From Phoronis australis (taxonomy: Eukaryota; Animalia; Phoronida): 64,000 nucleotides of DNA. Numbering within the stretch: the stretch's first letter is position 1; every line of letters begins with the position of its first letter. The stretch is taken from assembly GCA_002633005.1 (NCBI GenBank), contig NMRA01000022.1:1019028-1083027 (forward strand). The letters run 5' to 3'. Positions 38,987-52,417 of this stretch are shown here, one piece after another. The notes beneath the pieces are model-generated. The model ran no database searches and had not been told where the DNA came from. It saw only the letters and a list, made by a program, of their open reading frames with translations. The translations under genes were made by a program, and so were the position numbers.

Positions 38987-41900
38987 TATATTTTTAACGT
39001 CCAGATATAACGTTTTCTAGCGAATTCTCAGCTTATCTCCAATTAATGTACATTATATTTTCGTAAAAACACATTAAAAAGATATGTTCTAATAGTTTGC
39101 CTATTTGCGCCGACATCGCGTCGTTTGTTAGCTTACGGTATTAGCACCATCGGCGGTGGCGTCAGCATCGTTGTCAACAGTTTTTAGTCAAACTTTCTGC
39201 TAAACGCGCGTTTTCACAGAAACAGGGAAACGCAAGAAATCCCAAATATTCGGACAAAAATCTTCATAACTTTGAAAATGATTAAAAAGACGTCCGTAAA
39301 TTTATTTCATTTTACAACAGAAAATGAACCGAATTTTAAGATTTTTGTTTCCTACAGTAGCAGTTTCCGGCATTTTTGCGATGAATTAACTTTGGGGCGA
39401 ATAAAGGAAGTTTTTAAACTCTTTCGGTAAACATGTACAACAGTTACGTTTGTGCGAGGTTTCGTAATAAAAAATTTGTCTGCGTGAATTCTTTTACATA
39501 ACTTGACAGCCTACTTTTGGAATATCAAGCTTATTGATAATTAGTCATTTCCTTTATTATAACGGTTCCCCTTTCTACAGAAACGACGTTCAGGGATAAC
39601 ATGTGCATCTATCGCTAACCGGGGTGCAACATTCATGTACTTGAATTTATCAGATGTTGGTATTTGGCATCTGAAGAATATCACGTTGACATAATGCTCG
39701 CCTGAAGAAACAAGATTTACAGTTTCGATTAGAGTGATTGTGAAACATCGTTTCTACCGAATTCATACTACTAAACGTTCTTATGTTTTCTTCACGCAAA
39801 CACACATTTTTGCACTGACCATCTTGAATGAAACGATGTGAGGACACTTTAGCTGCCTAACTTGTCATTTTCCCTGACACTTGAATGAGACCAGTTCGAT
39901 TTCAGATTCTGGAGCTAGTGGTGTCTGGGTCACCATGCAAGGTGACAGTGGGCCACATAGGCCTACAGTGTACATGTGTATGTAATAGACCGGAAGCCCG
40001 GAGCATTTAGCATAGATGAACGAGATACCAGCATCTCACCACTGGAGCACGTAGAGTGCACCCTAATATGTATTGATATAGATGTCTGCACTCTGGATGT
40101 GGCCCCTGGGGACCTTACAGGGGAAACAGAGATGGGCTAGATTAGATATTCGAGAAACCGGCCAAAACTGAAAACGAACAATTGTGCCGCACTGAACACC
40201 GAATGACCCATGTCATACAAACTGCACTCTGGAAAGGGTGTGTCAGAAACCAAAAGGATCCTCCAAAAATGAGCTAGCTCATACATTCGAGGTGTCGCAA
40301 AAACAATTCCACATGATTCACTACATGCAGTTGCCCACTAAATTCCCTATGACAGACAAAATACACTCTGGTTTGTGCACACCAGAAACCCACAAAAGTT
40401 TTGTAACCGCGTCGACGACAATCCTCAAAAGTTTTGAAGAAAAATGAACTGAAAAACTCGTTCCAAAACCTAGCAAATGGGCAAGCATGGACTAGTAGAC
40501 GCTTTTAGTGAATTGCACGACAACTGTGGGAAAAGACGACACACCAAGGGCCTTGGTGTCCAATTTGTGAGGTAGGGGGCATGAGTTTAGTTGTTTTTTG
40601 CTTTTATCTTTCAAAATTGGCGCCAATGATACATTAGCCGGTGACAGAACGAGGATGGGTTGAACTCATCAAAACAGGGTTTAGTATTCTTTTTTAAAAG
40701 TTTTCATATTAAAATATGAAAACTCTTCAAGGGTTCACCCATTTCAATACCCGATTCGAATATAGCGACTCATTTCAAAACCTGACTGAAAAGACTGACT
40801 GCATTACAAAACAAATACCCACAAAAATACTCGCTGAAAAAGCAGCCTGAAACATCTACTTCAAAGAAAAACGGACGGGCACAACCTATTCAAAGCCAAA
40901 ACTGCAAAAACAAATGAAATGTTGAAAAATAGTCCTATATCGATACTAATTTGGAGAAAATCATGCCCTGCCATTTCAAACCCCAAATTGACGAAAACCG
41001 TACCCCACGCCATGTAAATCGTCAGTGTAAATGCTTACAGACAGGTTACATGTACATGTCTTGTTATAACAAACACATACGAATACTACTAACATGTCCT
41101 ATCTCGATTTCATTGCATCAATGATACATGTATTTAGAGATGAAATGAAGACAAGATAGGATGACAAACAGCATTTGTGTGAGCGGACCGAAAGCAGTCA
41201 CGTGACAAGAATGTCAAGTCTAATACTTAGCCACATTTTGTCTTTCGGGCCATTTCACCCACCCACCACACCGATGTCAATTCCAAGCCCCAATTCAACA
41301 CCGACCAGTGAAGACTTAGAGAGAAAAATTAAATCATGTGATAGTTTCGGCAAACAAATTAAACAAGATTTTAGTTCACAGTTTTCTGTGTAACTGTTCT
41401 CAGTATAATTGTATTTCATGCACTCACAACATAACGTTTTTGTTCGATTTGAAAATAATTTGGCTGGACTCTGATAGAGACGTCGATGTAACTGACCTCT
41501 TTTTGAAAATCCAAATTAAGGATAGCGGCCTAGTTATTATGCATCAGAATTTACATCTGATTCAGCAAATTTTGGTTCCTGCTCTATTCTCTTAAAGAGA
41601 GTAAAACTCTTTTTGAAAACAATGTCTTCAGTAAATGTTTTGGTAGTCCAAGTGTTCAATTGCGAATTTATTCCACTGGAAGACTGAACACAAACAGTGG
41701 AATACGGCTCTAAAGTGAAATACATACATGTACTGACTTTACTTTCCAGTATTCCATTCTGAATTCCATGCTCACACACACATATAAATTGATTAGTTAC
41801 AGATTATTAACACAAAGAGATCCCGCAGAAAATGATAAATGTAATTAAAAGCAAGGAGATTGATGGTTAGGTCAACATGATGTATGATGTATCAAAGCAG

Positions 41901-42448
41901 TAGCAGATGTTCACTCGCTCACACCTGGCTGTAAGAAATATCAAGAGTTATATGCTATTGATCAGTACTTGCTGCTTTGGCCAGTTGTCACCAAAAGACA
42001 GTGCCTTTACATGGCACGTACTAACCAATAGAGGGCAGCTTATCATTTTAGTAAGATATATGATACGTAGGCCTAAGTGCAACTGCTTCGGATTATACAA
42101 AGTGCGTCCTCAGATTTCACTTCCGGTATGATATTGAATACAAGAAGCAGAATCAAATTATATCTGATTAACAAAATATTCATTCTCACTGTCTCAAAGT
42201 ATCATTGTAATATTGGGTAATTTCATCAAAGCCAACATGACAACAATGAAACCTATGATGAAATGAATGCTTTTCCCGGAGCACCACCTGCTAAATTCAA
42301 CTACTTACTCACTGGCAACCAAGAAGAAAAGAAGATACACATTTATTTCCATCAAGCATCTGTGGTTTTGTTAATCCAAGTTTCAAGATACCATGTCGTC
42401 GCCATCAGGCGATGTCTGTTGGCTACATCATTTGTCACCATCAGGTGG

Positions 42449-45400
42449 CAGGCCCATAGCCAGCACAGAGCGGGGGCTGGTTCGAATTTCTAGAACGGTG
42501 GACCTTTTATATTTTACAATCGTCGTAGAGTTTTCGGTAAAGCCTTTGTCGCAGCTTAATTATGGGTGGGATCTGTAAACATAACGATGACTCTCAGCTC
42601 TATGATCATGAGATGAGACAGATTTTGTAATGCCAGACATGAGGATGCTGTGACTGTTACTAGCAAAGAACGAGACACAAATTCGGATGTACTGCGGTCC
42701 AGAAAGAGAAGTTCAACGTTCTCGAATTACCTCCTGCCAAAATTTTAAATTAGCCATGCTTAAATGAGTGATTACACCTCATTACATATCGGACGGAAAT
42801 ATAAAGTATAAACGGCGAATGACTTGACGAAATTGTTTATCCGGTTGTATTTTTGCGTGTTTTTTGCTTACATCGCTGGAAATGGGAACAGTCCACTATT
42901 TCGAAGGTTCACTACTTCGAAGGTTCACTGCTCACTAGAAACGGTGGTCAGATTTAGTGTGCTTGCGTGTGCAGGCGAAATTGCCCGCATGTCTTAAAAT
43001 GAGTACACACTTGCATTTTTAGAACGATATGAAGTCGGAATACTGATGAATTGTCAACCACGACGCATTCATCAAATCCATGTCAAGATCGCAACGCAAC
43101 GCGACTGAAGAGTTTAAGGCCGCTGCGCCACAACCTCACCCAAGGAACCTCGTGCAGGGCCGGGTAGAAACTAAATGTAGTTAGTAGGCCACTTTACCTG
43201 GTTGTATTTTTGCGAGTTACATCGCTGAATGTTCATTACTCCGAAGGACGGGTGCACTACTTCGAAAATATCTAAAATTTCGAACTCGGGTAAAATTTTT
43301 ATGGTTTTGCATGCAAAAATAAACGATACTTCGGTAATTAGATGCGCTGAGTGGTGTACATGTACCAATACTGAAAACAACGTCCGGGTACCACCGATTT
43401 CATGTACATACAAAATTGCCGCATGTTTTACGAATGCGGAAAAATGAGTACGTTCTTGCATTTTTAAAATCAGTATAGTTCTGTAGCAGCCCTTCGTTAA
43501 CACAAACTTCGTTGAAAACACGACTAAACTTTTTGTTGGGAAGCGCTTGATACCGAGTCGCTAGTACATGTAGTGTCGAAACGGTCTCCCGTCTTCAGGT
43601 GTGCAGCTATGTAGCAAAACACTGAGAGACCTAACAAAACAACAAAATTAAAGCGCTGGCTATGTTTCGAAACTGCATGTCTCATCACCAGACAATAAGT
43701 GCAATGAACATATACGAAGCTAAATAAAATTTAAGTGAAATACACGTGGAATCAGGTAGAGGGGCATACAGGAGGGGCAGAGAGTGTAAATGTATCATGA
43801 CACGGTAAGACGCCCACAAGCCTATCGACACAGAGCCAACGTCCGGTACACACCTGTGAGCAGCTCATTCAGCACAGCTTTTTTCGTGACAGATCAATCG
43901 CGATTCCAAATTTTTAGCCAAAATGTGACATTTATCGTAACTCATCATTAGCTATTCCAAGTGGACTTTTGGAGTAGTGAACCTACGGAATAGTGACATA
44001 CAACTTTGTAAATCTTTTCCATCAAATTCGTTGCTCGTATGAAGTCTGCGAGGCTGCCTACCATTGACACTGATTAACAAGAGAATTTAGTACTTTCTTC
44101 ATTGACAGGCCCGTAGCCAGCATTGCGCGGGGGTGGTTCGGCGAATTTCTAGTACGGTGGACCTTTGATATTTTGCAAACGTCGACGTTGTAGAGTTTTT
44201 GGTAAGGCCCTTGACGCAACTTACAGTGTACTAGCTAGGAGGGAGGGAAATTTATATACACAACGACGACTCTCACTCTAAGTTCCCAAGATCAGACGGA
44301 ATTCGTAATACCCGAAATGAGGATTCCCTAACGGTTTCTCCACAAAAAACGGGACCCAAATTTGGATGTAATGTGGTCCAGAAAGAGAATATTCTCGCGT
44401 TACCCCCTGCCAAACTTTCAAACCGGGCGTGCTTATTGAGCGATTACACCTCATTACATACTCGGAAGGAAACATTTAATCGCAGCATGATCGACTTGAA
44501 TATTTTGATCTGGTTGTACGTATTTTACGTGTTACGTAACTTGCATACGGCGCTGGAAATTCGAACAGCCTAGTATTGCAAAGGTCCACTACTCTGAAGG
44601 TTCACTACTCTGAAGGTTCACTACTCTGAAGGTTCACTACTCTGAAGGTTCACTACTCTGAAGGTTCACTACTCCGAAGGTTCACCACTCCGAAAAGATC
44701 TAAAATTTCTGACTTGGGTGTATCAAATATACCGTTTTACTTGCAAAAATAAACGACACTTCGGTTATTAGATGCACTAAGTAGTGTACCGGCTCAAACA
44801 ATGCCCGGATTTCATGCCCAAGCCAAATTGCCCGCATGTCTTTCGAATACCGAAAATGAGCACGTACCTGAATTTTTAAAAGATTATGAAGTAGGAATAT
44901 AGATGAATTATCAATCCCGATACATTCATCAAATCCAGGTCAAAATTGCATCATTTCACAGCGTGCCTGAGCTAGTTTAGGGCCTCTGCCCCTCAAACTC
45001 ACCCATCGGAACCACGCGCATGTCCGGGTCGAAAATAAATGTAGTTAGAAGGCTACCCTGTCCCTAACAGTCTTCACGAAGTCGGAGAGTCCCATTCAGC
45101 CGCTTTTGGTAGCTGAAGTCCTGACCAGATATTGTCCCTGCTTGAGACTGAATGAGTCGTTTGTTCACGATTGGCAATAATTGGAACTGAGCTCATTTGT
45201 AAACAATGTAATCAATGTTTTAAGAACTATTCAACTTTTTGTACACCCTTTTAATGGTTACTAAATGGGCACAAATACAATACCTTTCTCATGTCAGTTC
45301 CAACTTGTTAGCAGACAATCAGAGTAATGAACCGTCGGAGTTCTGGTTTCGGAATTGTGGACATTCGAAGTAGTGGACTTTCGGAGTAATGAACCTTCGG

Positions 45401-45717
45401 AATAATAACATGTGACCTTTGGAAATCTTTTCAATCAAGTTTCTTGCTCGTATGAAGCCTGAGAGGCTGTACGCCTGCACGATCTTATCATCAAGCACCA
45501 TTCGGGCGAATTTGACCGAGTACGGCCCTATGATTACGTGAACTTAACTCAAAATTATTACTGAATTAGTCATCACTGTAGTTAGTAGTACCAGTAGCTG
45601 CAACAATTGTGTTGTTGTTGTCCATCTATATCCCACCTTTAACGAATAGGACGGAGCTGGACATTTTCCGCGGGGGGTTCGATTGGAACCCCCCGAACCC
45701 CCCTGCCTACGGGCCTG
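42449..45717. mobile_element. Composite non-autonomous TIR element with an internally duplicated left arm, inserted in a 36-bp minisatellite
   Basis: CAGGCCCATAG (42449) and CAGGCCCGTAG (44106) pair with CTACGGGCCTG (45717). GGTGG flanks both outer ends. 42449-43193 is similar to 44106-45057, and 43960-44056 to 45371-45468. Confidence 0.65.
44581..44694 (+). repeat. 16-bp tandem repeat (AAGGTTCACTACTCTG), about 7 units
   Basis: Direct reading. Shorter arrays occur at ~42890-42930 and, inverted, at ~43960-44000 and ~45360-45410. Confidence 0.9.
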
Positions 45718-45930
45718 GGTGGTGTCTCTTGGCTACATCATTTGTCGCCATCTGGTGGTGTGTCTTGGCTACATCATTTGTCGCCAATAGGAGGTGTCTG
45801 GTTGGCTAGAGCATTTGTCGCCATCAGGTGGTGTCTCGCGGCTACATCATTTGTCGCCATCAGGTGGTATGTCTTGGCTTTGTCATTTACCGTCATGAGG
45901 TAGTGTCTCTTGGCTACATAATTTGCCGCC
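45718..45930 (+). repeat. 36-bp minisatellite (GGTGTCTCTTGGCTACATCATTTGTCGCCATCAGGT), about 6 units; a further ~1.5 units at 42398-42448
   Basis: GGCTACATCATTTGTCGCCA starts at 45731 and 45767 and continues with that period. Confidence 0.88.
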
Positions 45931-48900
45931 ACATGAACTGTTTTGAAGCTTCCCGTTGCTGTCAGTCTCTAACAATGAGAGATATCATTTTGTTCAACAA
46001 ACCAAACTTCAGTCAACTATTGAAAAAACACAGTGAAACCATCAAGAAACCAAGCATTTACATCTAATTAATAACTTCAACTTTATACGTATATTTTACT
46101 TGTTCTGCTGTTTTTGTAACGACGACAGAAAATAACTAAGTACGTTAAAAAAAAAAAAAAAAAAAAAAATCCAAGAATTTGATTGATCAGTGAGCTCACA
46201 TGTAATTCTACAAAGAGCGTCTCCTTGAGTTACTGGTAGCTTCAACGTTCAGTTATTAGTAGCAAGAAATTACGCGACTGGTTTTATATGAGTAAAAGGC
46301 ATTATTTAATTTTTAGTTTTTAGGATGAAGTGCACCTTTATTATTATTGTAGTGCTAAATTCATCATCTGAGCAAACGCTAACACACTTTCCACTACGTA
46401 CTTCTAAGTCAACGCTAATGTTGCTGTCTCTTGTCAACTCTCCTTGACCCGCTTAACCTGAAATGGCATTTAGAATAAAGAGTTTCTACTACCAACTAAT
46501 AACTTTTGAAAAAATCGCAACAGTGTAACTGTGAGAGTCTGTATGCAACGGGTCATGACATGATTATACTGATAGATCACTGTTATCAAAAGTCCAATAT
46601 AACCTGTGTGGATTGTAAAAGAACTTTTACTGGTGGCCAAGCAAGTCATACTCACTCATCACCGGTCGTGGTCAAAAGGAAATAACAGGCTGTCAGGTCC
46701 TTACAAGATCTAAAGGCAAGCAATACGCGGTCTATATCGGAATTTATGTTTTTCGACTACGCGCAGACTGTAATAATTTTTGGAGTCATCGTCATTCTGA
46801 CTTGACGGTTTACTGCCGATCTAACGTTTGAAAGTCTAATGGTGAATTTACAACACTCAAATGTTTTGAAAACTAATGCCCAGCAAACGGTTGCAAACGT
46901 TACAAAAGGAATACTTCGACTCTTAAGGTTATCTCAAACGATGTTTAGTGAAACCTATTCTAACTGAGCTATCAAAAAAGGCTATCTCAACTAGTAACGA
47001 GGCACGCGAAAACATCACGCGTTACACTGTGATTAAATAACGACTAGGTGCGTGTGGTGTAAATCGCGAAGTCGTGCTTTTTAGCGAGGTCTCAGCGTAG
47101 GTCCTAGGGTTACTGAAGTCTACCAAAGACGTTAACAAGACTATTCACTTTGGCCGCTGCCATTATTGTGTCGTGGACCGTGGCGACACCTGGCGGGTGT
47201 ATGTGCGCCGACGAAGTACGCGAGGCGTTGACTATGGCCGATTTCAATTTGCCAAATTCGAAATTGTGAAGTGTCTTTGTTTAAAATATTGAAAACAAAA
47301 AATATGAACAGTGTAATGGAAGAATAGAGTAAATAAAGAAAAACAAATTAAAAAGCAAAGGTAATGAATTACGAGAACTACATCATAAGCAAGAGGGTGA
47401 CTCAGTAATGAGAGATGAGCAGGTGAAAGTAGGTGATTGGAGGGTGGGGAGGTACAGGATTTTGTCCAGGGGGGTCAAGAAAGTAATGAACAAAAGGTAT
47501 CTGCTGAAGAAGAGGTAGGAGCAAAAACGGGGGTAGGGGAGGGCGCCCCTCAACCAAAAGGTTGGGGGCGGACATAGCTTTCTTCCCCCAAAAACCCAGG
47601 TGTTAATGTCAATTAATAAACAATTAATTATTAAAACTTTCAACGTAAAAATTTGTTTTAGAATAAAATTGAAAAGTCAATACTCAAAATCTAAGAATTA
47701 AACATGTAGTTATGATATGTTTCATGGTGTATTCTGAGGTTGCGGCATGATAATTTTTTTGCTCTTTTGAGTGTCTGTTCAGTCCTGCGTCCGCTGCACG
47801 CGAATGGCCACGTTACAAGTATGCGGAGGTTGTTTTACGTTTCAGCTTCTCATGACTTACGGCAGTGATAAGACGTATGTCTGCTATCTGTGAGTGAAAT
47901 GTGGCCTAGCATTCGGTTATTTTTCTTTAAAATTTTGAAAGTTATGTCAACCAAAATGGTATGTTTCTGTTAAAAATCAACTCCCATTTGCCAAAGATTT
48001 GCCTAAATATCCGTAAATAAGTCCATTCAAGAACAGCACTGTCTCTGGCCTGGCATACAAACAATTATATCGGTATAGAGTATCTTTGATACAAATGGTG
48101 TCATCATCCCGAGTCGAGTTACCAGTTGTGTAAACAAACTGTAGGCTCTACACACGGACAGGCTACCAGTGCGAAGTCTCATAGCCTCCACCGGTGGGGG
48201 GGGGGGGCAGCATGCGTATGACGTCAGGTGGACAAAAGGGTTTTGGCCAACATTCACCATTCTGCCCCTCTCTATCGCCCCTGACTCTACCCAGCATACA
48301 GCTGGCTAGGTGGCTGGAGAGGAAAGTTGCTTCATGTCTTCAGTCATCACGAGACACTCACTGACAACACTGAAGTGCAGTGTGATAGAACTCCGGGGAA
48401 GAGAAGTATCAAGCAAAACTCGCCATGGTTCAGTTTTGCCGCTAGTCTAGTTATTAACTTTGAGGGGAATAGGGCCTGATAATTAAGAACGAGGCGAAGA
48501 GACAAGTCATCATGTAAATCCTAATATTAAGAAGTAACGAACAGTTGCTTCTCTCTAAGACCAGAACGTACAGCTACGCAAGTGTTCAAGTAGTGCACAG
48601 GCTGTTGTGGAGTACGTTTATGTAATCGAAATAATTAAACCAAGTGTGCGCATACTGTACCAAGAGACGCTTATTGAAGTAGGCCTACAGGCTGCCAAAA
48701 AACTGTAAGACCAGAATATAGTGAAATTTAATTCTGTATACTGTCACTGAAACAGACATAAATAGTCAACACATATATTGAGAGTGAACGTGTTACCGGT
48801 ATGCAACTGATGTATTCACTGCGAAAGGTGCCTGGTAAACATGGGTCAGGTTCAGCTAAGAAACAAACGCATCTTAGTAGTACTATGCAGTTGCTTCAAG

Positions 48901-49573
48901 AATCTGATGGAAGCGACATTACAAATAGTCAACTATTTCAGCTAGTCAACGTTTTAACCAAGTACATCCCGGCTGAACCAAATGACAGCAAGTATCACGA
49001 TAGTTCACCTGTAGTGCCTGGTATCGCACAGGTAAGCACAGGTAGAAGTTCGAATAATGGCGGCTTTAATTAGCATAAATTATGAAAATTCACCACCTAT
49101 CAGCCAAAAATTTGCACTATTCAATGTGCTGACCATGGAAACACTAGGACCTAGCTAAAATCAAAGTCACGTATTCTCATTTAAAATACACCGCAATGTC
49201 TCCCTTAATCTCGCGAAGCAGTTTTGCTTTTTAGCGGGGTCCTAGCGTTACTTGTTCACAGGTTCACCCCCTGGCTCCCGGGCTCAAAAACTTGACAGCA
49301 CTAAAGGGCAAAGTGGGGGAAATGATTTAGTCTTCTATGTTATCCCGGAGGGCGATTGCCCAGAAACCTGGGAACAATGTGAGCCGAAAATTCAAAGAAA
49401 TCATTCAGTCAAACTTGAGTATGGTCACTGAGCTAGCTAATCGTTTGGGGGCTACTGAAAGAGAGCAGAAGCAGACTGGTTATTGTGAAATTTCCAAGCT
49501 CGGACAAAAAGACCCGGCTGATTCTACGTAACGAAAAAGAAGTGAAGAACATGCTTGAATGTTTTATGAAATA

Positions 49574-49939
49574 CCATATTGCCGCGCCATTAGGCCCATA
49601 GGTGTCTTTGCGGAAGTGCGCTTATATGTAAAACTCAGTCACGTGCGCCAATAGGTAAACCTCTTGAGTAAAACTGGCGCGAAAAAGGCATTATTCCGAA
49701 TATAAGTAAATGGGCTTAAAACCGTGGCACTGCGGTAAAGCGCTGTTCAAAATCAGTTTTTAAAAAGAAAACGGGTGCGCCTATATGCTTATGTATGAGC
49801 CTGTGCAGGGCGGAAATACTTGAGCTCATATGCCAAACTTAGGCGCGTGCTTCAATACGTGAACCACTTAGGTAAAAAGGTCGCGAAAAAGGTATTATTT
49901 AGGATTTAGGTTTATGAGCATAAAGGCGCGGCAATACGG
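49574..49939. mobile_element. pogo/Tigger-like MITE (TA TSD)
   Basis: TA|CCATATTGCCGCGCC ... GGCGCGGCAATACGG|TA. Confidence 0.75.
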
Positions 49940-50148
49940 TACTGCTGTGCAAGAGAGTAAAACTTATTTCTTTCACTCGTTCATCGACTACGGTACTGCA
50001 TGCACGTATAGGAAAATTCTGGTGCAGTCTTGGTGAGGTGTACATCTCGGTCTACAGAGCTTACGAGTGGTGGTATTGGCGAAAAATGTCTTTTATTGAG
50101 TCTTGGAATCGCCATGTACTGCAGAACAAAGTAAGTCCATCAAGAATA

Positions 50149-50194
50149 ATGGAAAATATGGCACACGTACATGTATTCCTCCATAGTACAAATG
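50149..50194 (+). CDS. Candidate first coding exon of the glycosyltransferase-like gene (MENMAHVHVFLHSTN; may start at the in-frame ATG at 50086)
   Basis: ATG-initiated frame ending AATG|GTaat in phase 1, compatible with the acceptor at 51539. No homology support. Confidence 0.3.
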
Positions 50195-51375
50195 GTAATT
50201 TGTGTTATTATAGAGACCAAAGTGACGTGAGTGTTTTTGTCAGTGACTGTCTTTGAGATGTTAAATTTATTTGCCGTGTGAGTCCGGTTTTGAATTTGTG
50301 GCAAGTTATAATGTTATTGTGGAATGAATACTTGTTTGGTTCAGAAAATAATGTTATTTTATGTTACGTACATTAACCGCCGCAGCGAGTCACTGCGTAT
50401 GAAAGTAGCTTGGAGAAATACGGTTTGATTGGGTTAGAGAAACTCTTAGAAAATATCGCCTTTGAAATTTCTGTTATTGTTGCAGGCGATCTGGCAAATT
50501 GTTTCAAGCAAAGTCTTTGTCACTCGTCTCATCCACCGTGGGGGATTCAGAAGTGAAAAAAAATAATGCTTAGAGTTGCGTCTAATGTGATACCAATTTA
50601 GCAATACCACAGATACACGTTAATTATTACTCAGCATATGACTAGGTATATTTGAAAAACCTAAATTCACTTCCCATTTGAGTTAGAAACAGGTTAAGGT
50701 CAATTTCACAGCGGTAAGTGGTCTAACACAAAACTTAATTTCGACAACTGAACTGGGGTTTGTCCCTTTAAAACATTTCACTTGCCGAAGTCGCAGTTTT
50801 GTGCCATGTGGTCAGGAGATCTTAACACACAGGTATGTCGACTTTTCAGGTGTAATTTGCCACTTCTCTGTAGTGAGAGACTGTTAAAAGTACAAGTGAA
50901 GAGACCCTGTTTCGACGCATGTGGAAGACGCAAAATGTGGTCTTTTCGGTAATATCTTGCTGATAGTATACCTCAATGCTTATATTCGGAAAATACTATT
51001 TGTTGAATTTATAGCACGCTGGGCGTAATTTTGGTAACAGGGGGAGGGGCTACAAAAGTTAAAGGTTTAAACAACAGAAACATACATGTCCTATTTTTCA
51101 TTATTTGGCATTCGTTGACGCTTTATAATTTGAGTAACTCTCCAAGCCCTAGAACTTTCTAATTTTGGCTTCTAAGACTGAAAATTTCCATGGGTCGTCA
51201 CATAATTCCCCATATATTTATGTTAACTCAGGCATCAATGGATTATCTTGGAACAGAGGAAGTGTCATTTGGTATGGTCTCGGTTTTAAACGTAACGAAA
51301 TGCTTACGTAAAGCGTAATTTTTAAATTGGACTTACTGTAGTTAAATGGTTCAAAATTCAGATTATCACTACATA

Positions 51376-51525
51376 AATGCGCACGAGAACGCGCACACAC
51401 ATGCGTACCCATAACCGTACGCACACTTACATGTGTGCCGCACGCCCACGCACACTAACACACGTACATGTATGCACCCACAGACACGCACATGTAAACA
51501 CGCACACACATGCACACGCATACAT
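51376..51525 (+). repeat. Degenerate (CA/CG/TA)n purine-pyrimidine microsatellite
   Basis: cacacacatgcgtacc...cacgcacacacatgcacacgca. Confidence 0.8.
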
Positions 51526-51538
51526 GCCGCATTTCCAG

Positions 51539-51872
51539 AGAATTTCATCAAATCAACGCCTTCTTACTCTTGTTGCAGTAAGCGTCTTGCAATTGCAACG
51601 TCAGCGACAGCTTTTGCTTTTCTGCTCGGGTTCCTCCTTCAGCTAAACTGTTTATCGACAGAGGTCCCACAGACACTATTTCAACGAAGAGTAAATAGTA
51701 CCAAAGATCGGTCTCTTCAAGTCAAGTTCGTTTACCATACGCAAGTACCCCAATGTTTGTCTTCATATTACCTTCTCTCCAGCATTGTTGGTGACCACAA
51801 GTCATGTCGTTGTCTCGTTGTTGTGCTGTCCTACAAAACGTTGTGTACGAATACTTCGTATCCGCACGTGAG
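51539..51872 (+). CDS. Uncharacterised type II membrane protein (putative GT-A glycosyltransferase-like), exon with the signal-anchor
   Basis: ttccAG|AG...AG|GTaaga. Hydrophobic LAIATSATAFAFLLGFLLQL, then VYHTQVPQCL...CRCLVVVLSYKTLC...HV. Splices in phase (AG+G = Arg) to 54978. Confidence 0.78.
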
Positions 51873-52037
51873 GTAAGATACGGTGACGCAGAAACCGATA
51901 GTAATTACAGTTCATTGGCAGCAATTATAGAACGACACTTGCTTAAAATATGAATTGTGGTATACAGGGAGTGCATGACATACTGGGGGCGAGCGGAAAC
52001 CGGCAAACTTTGATAAAACTTATAGTTCGGAAGCCAG

Positions 52038-52409
52038 TGGCTGGTTGCATGAAACAGTCCGAAATAGGGATTCAGCTATGCTCCTTAAATCTTTGTTGTT
52101 TCGTTCTTTAAGCACAGATGTAAGATTTTCCTCTAACCTTATCTTTATTATGAACTCTTCTTTAAATAATGGTGTTTCAACATATCTAAAAACTAAACCC
52201 TTAATTCAATCAAAACAATTAGGGGGCGCTGCATGAAAGAATCCCTATTTATTTTCAATAATATTGGGAATTCAGTGTATAGTTCACTATCGATTTGTAT
52301 CAAACCCAAAAATTGGCATAGTAATGACACTCAAACAGCATAATATAAAACAATCAGTGTTTTCACAAACCCAGAGTTCCTAGTTGGGACTGTTTCATGC
52401 AACCGACCA
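52038..52409. mobile_element. Harbinger-like MITE (CAG TSD)
   Basis: CAG|TGGCTGGTTGCATGAAACAGTCCGAA ... TTGGGACTGTTTCATGCAACCGACCA|CAG. Confidence 0.78.
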
Positions 52410-52417
52410 CAGGGGGC

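Noticed and set aside
44581-44694. 16-bp repeats as a CRISPR or iteron array
   Set aside because: Head-to-tail with no spacers, and part of a dispersed repeat.
46200-46800. Minus-strand splice-like signals (GTGAGT donor near 46657, TTTCAG acceptor near 46458)
   Set aside because: No open frame or homology; a transcript cannot be supported from sequence alone.
48801-49073. 90-aa ORF with a strong CAG|GTAAG donor as first exon of the glycosyltransferase-like gene
   Set aside because: The donor lies in an Academ-arm repeat fragment and is phase 0, whereas the acceptor at 51539 needs phase 1.
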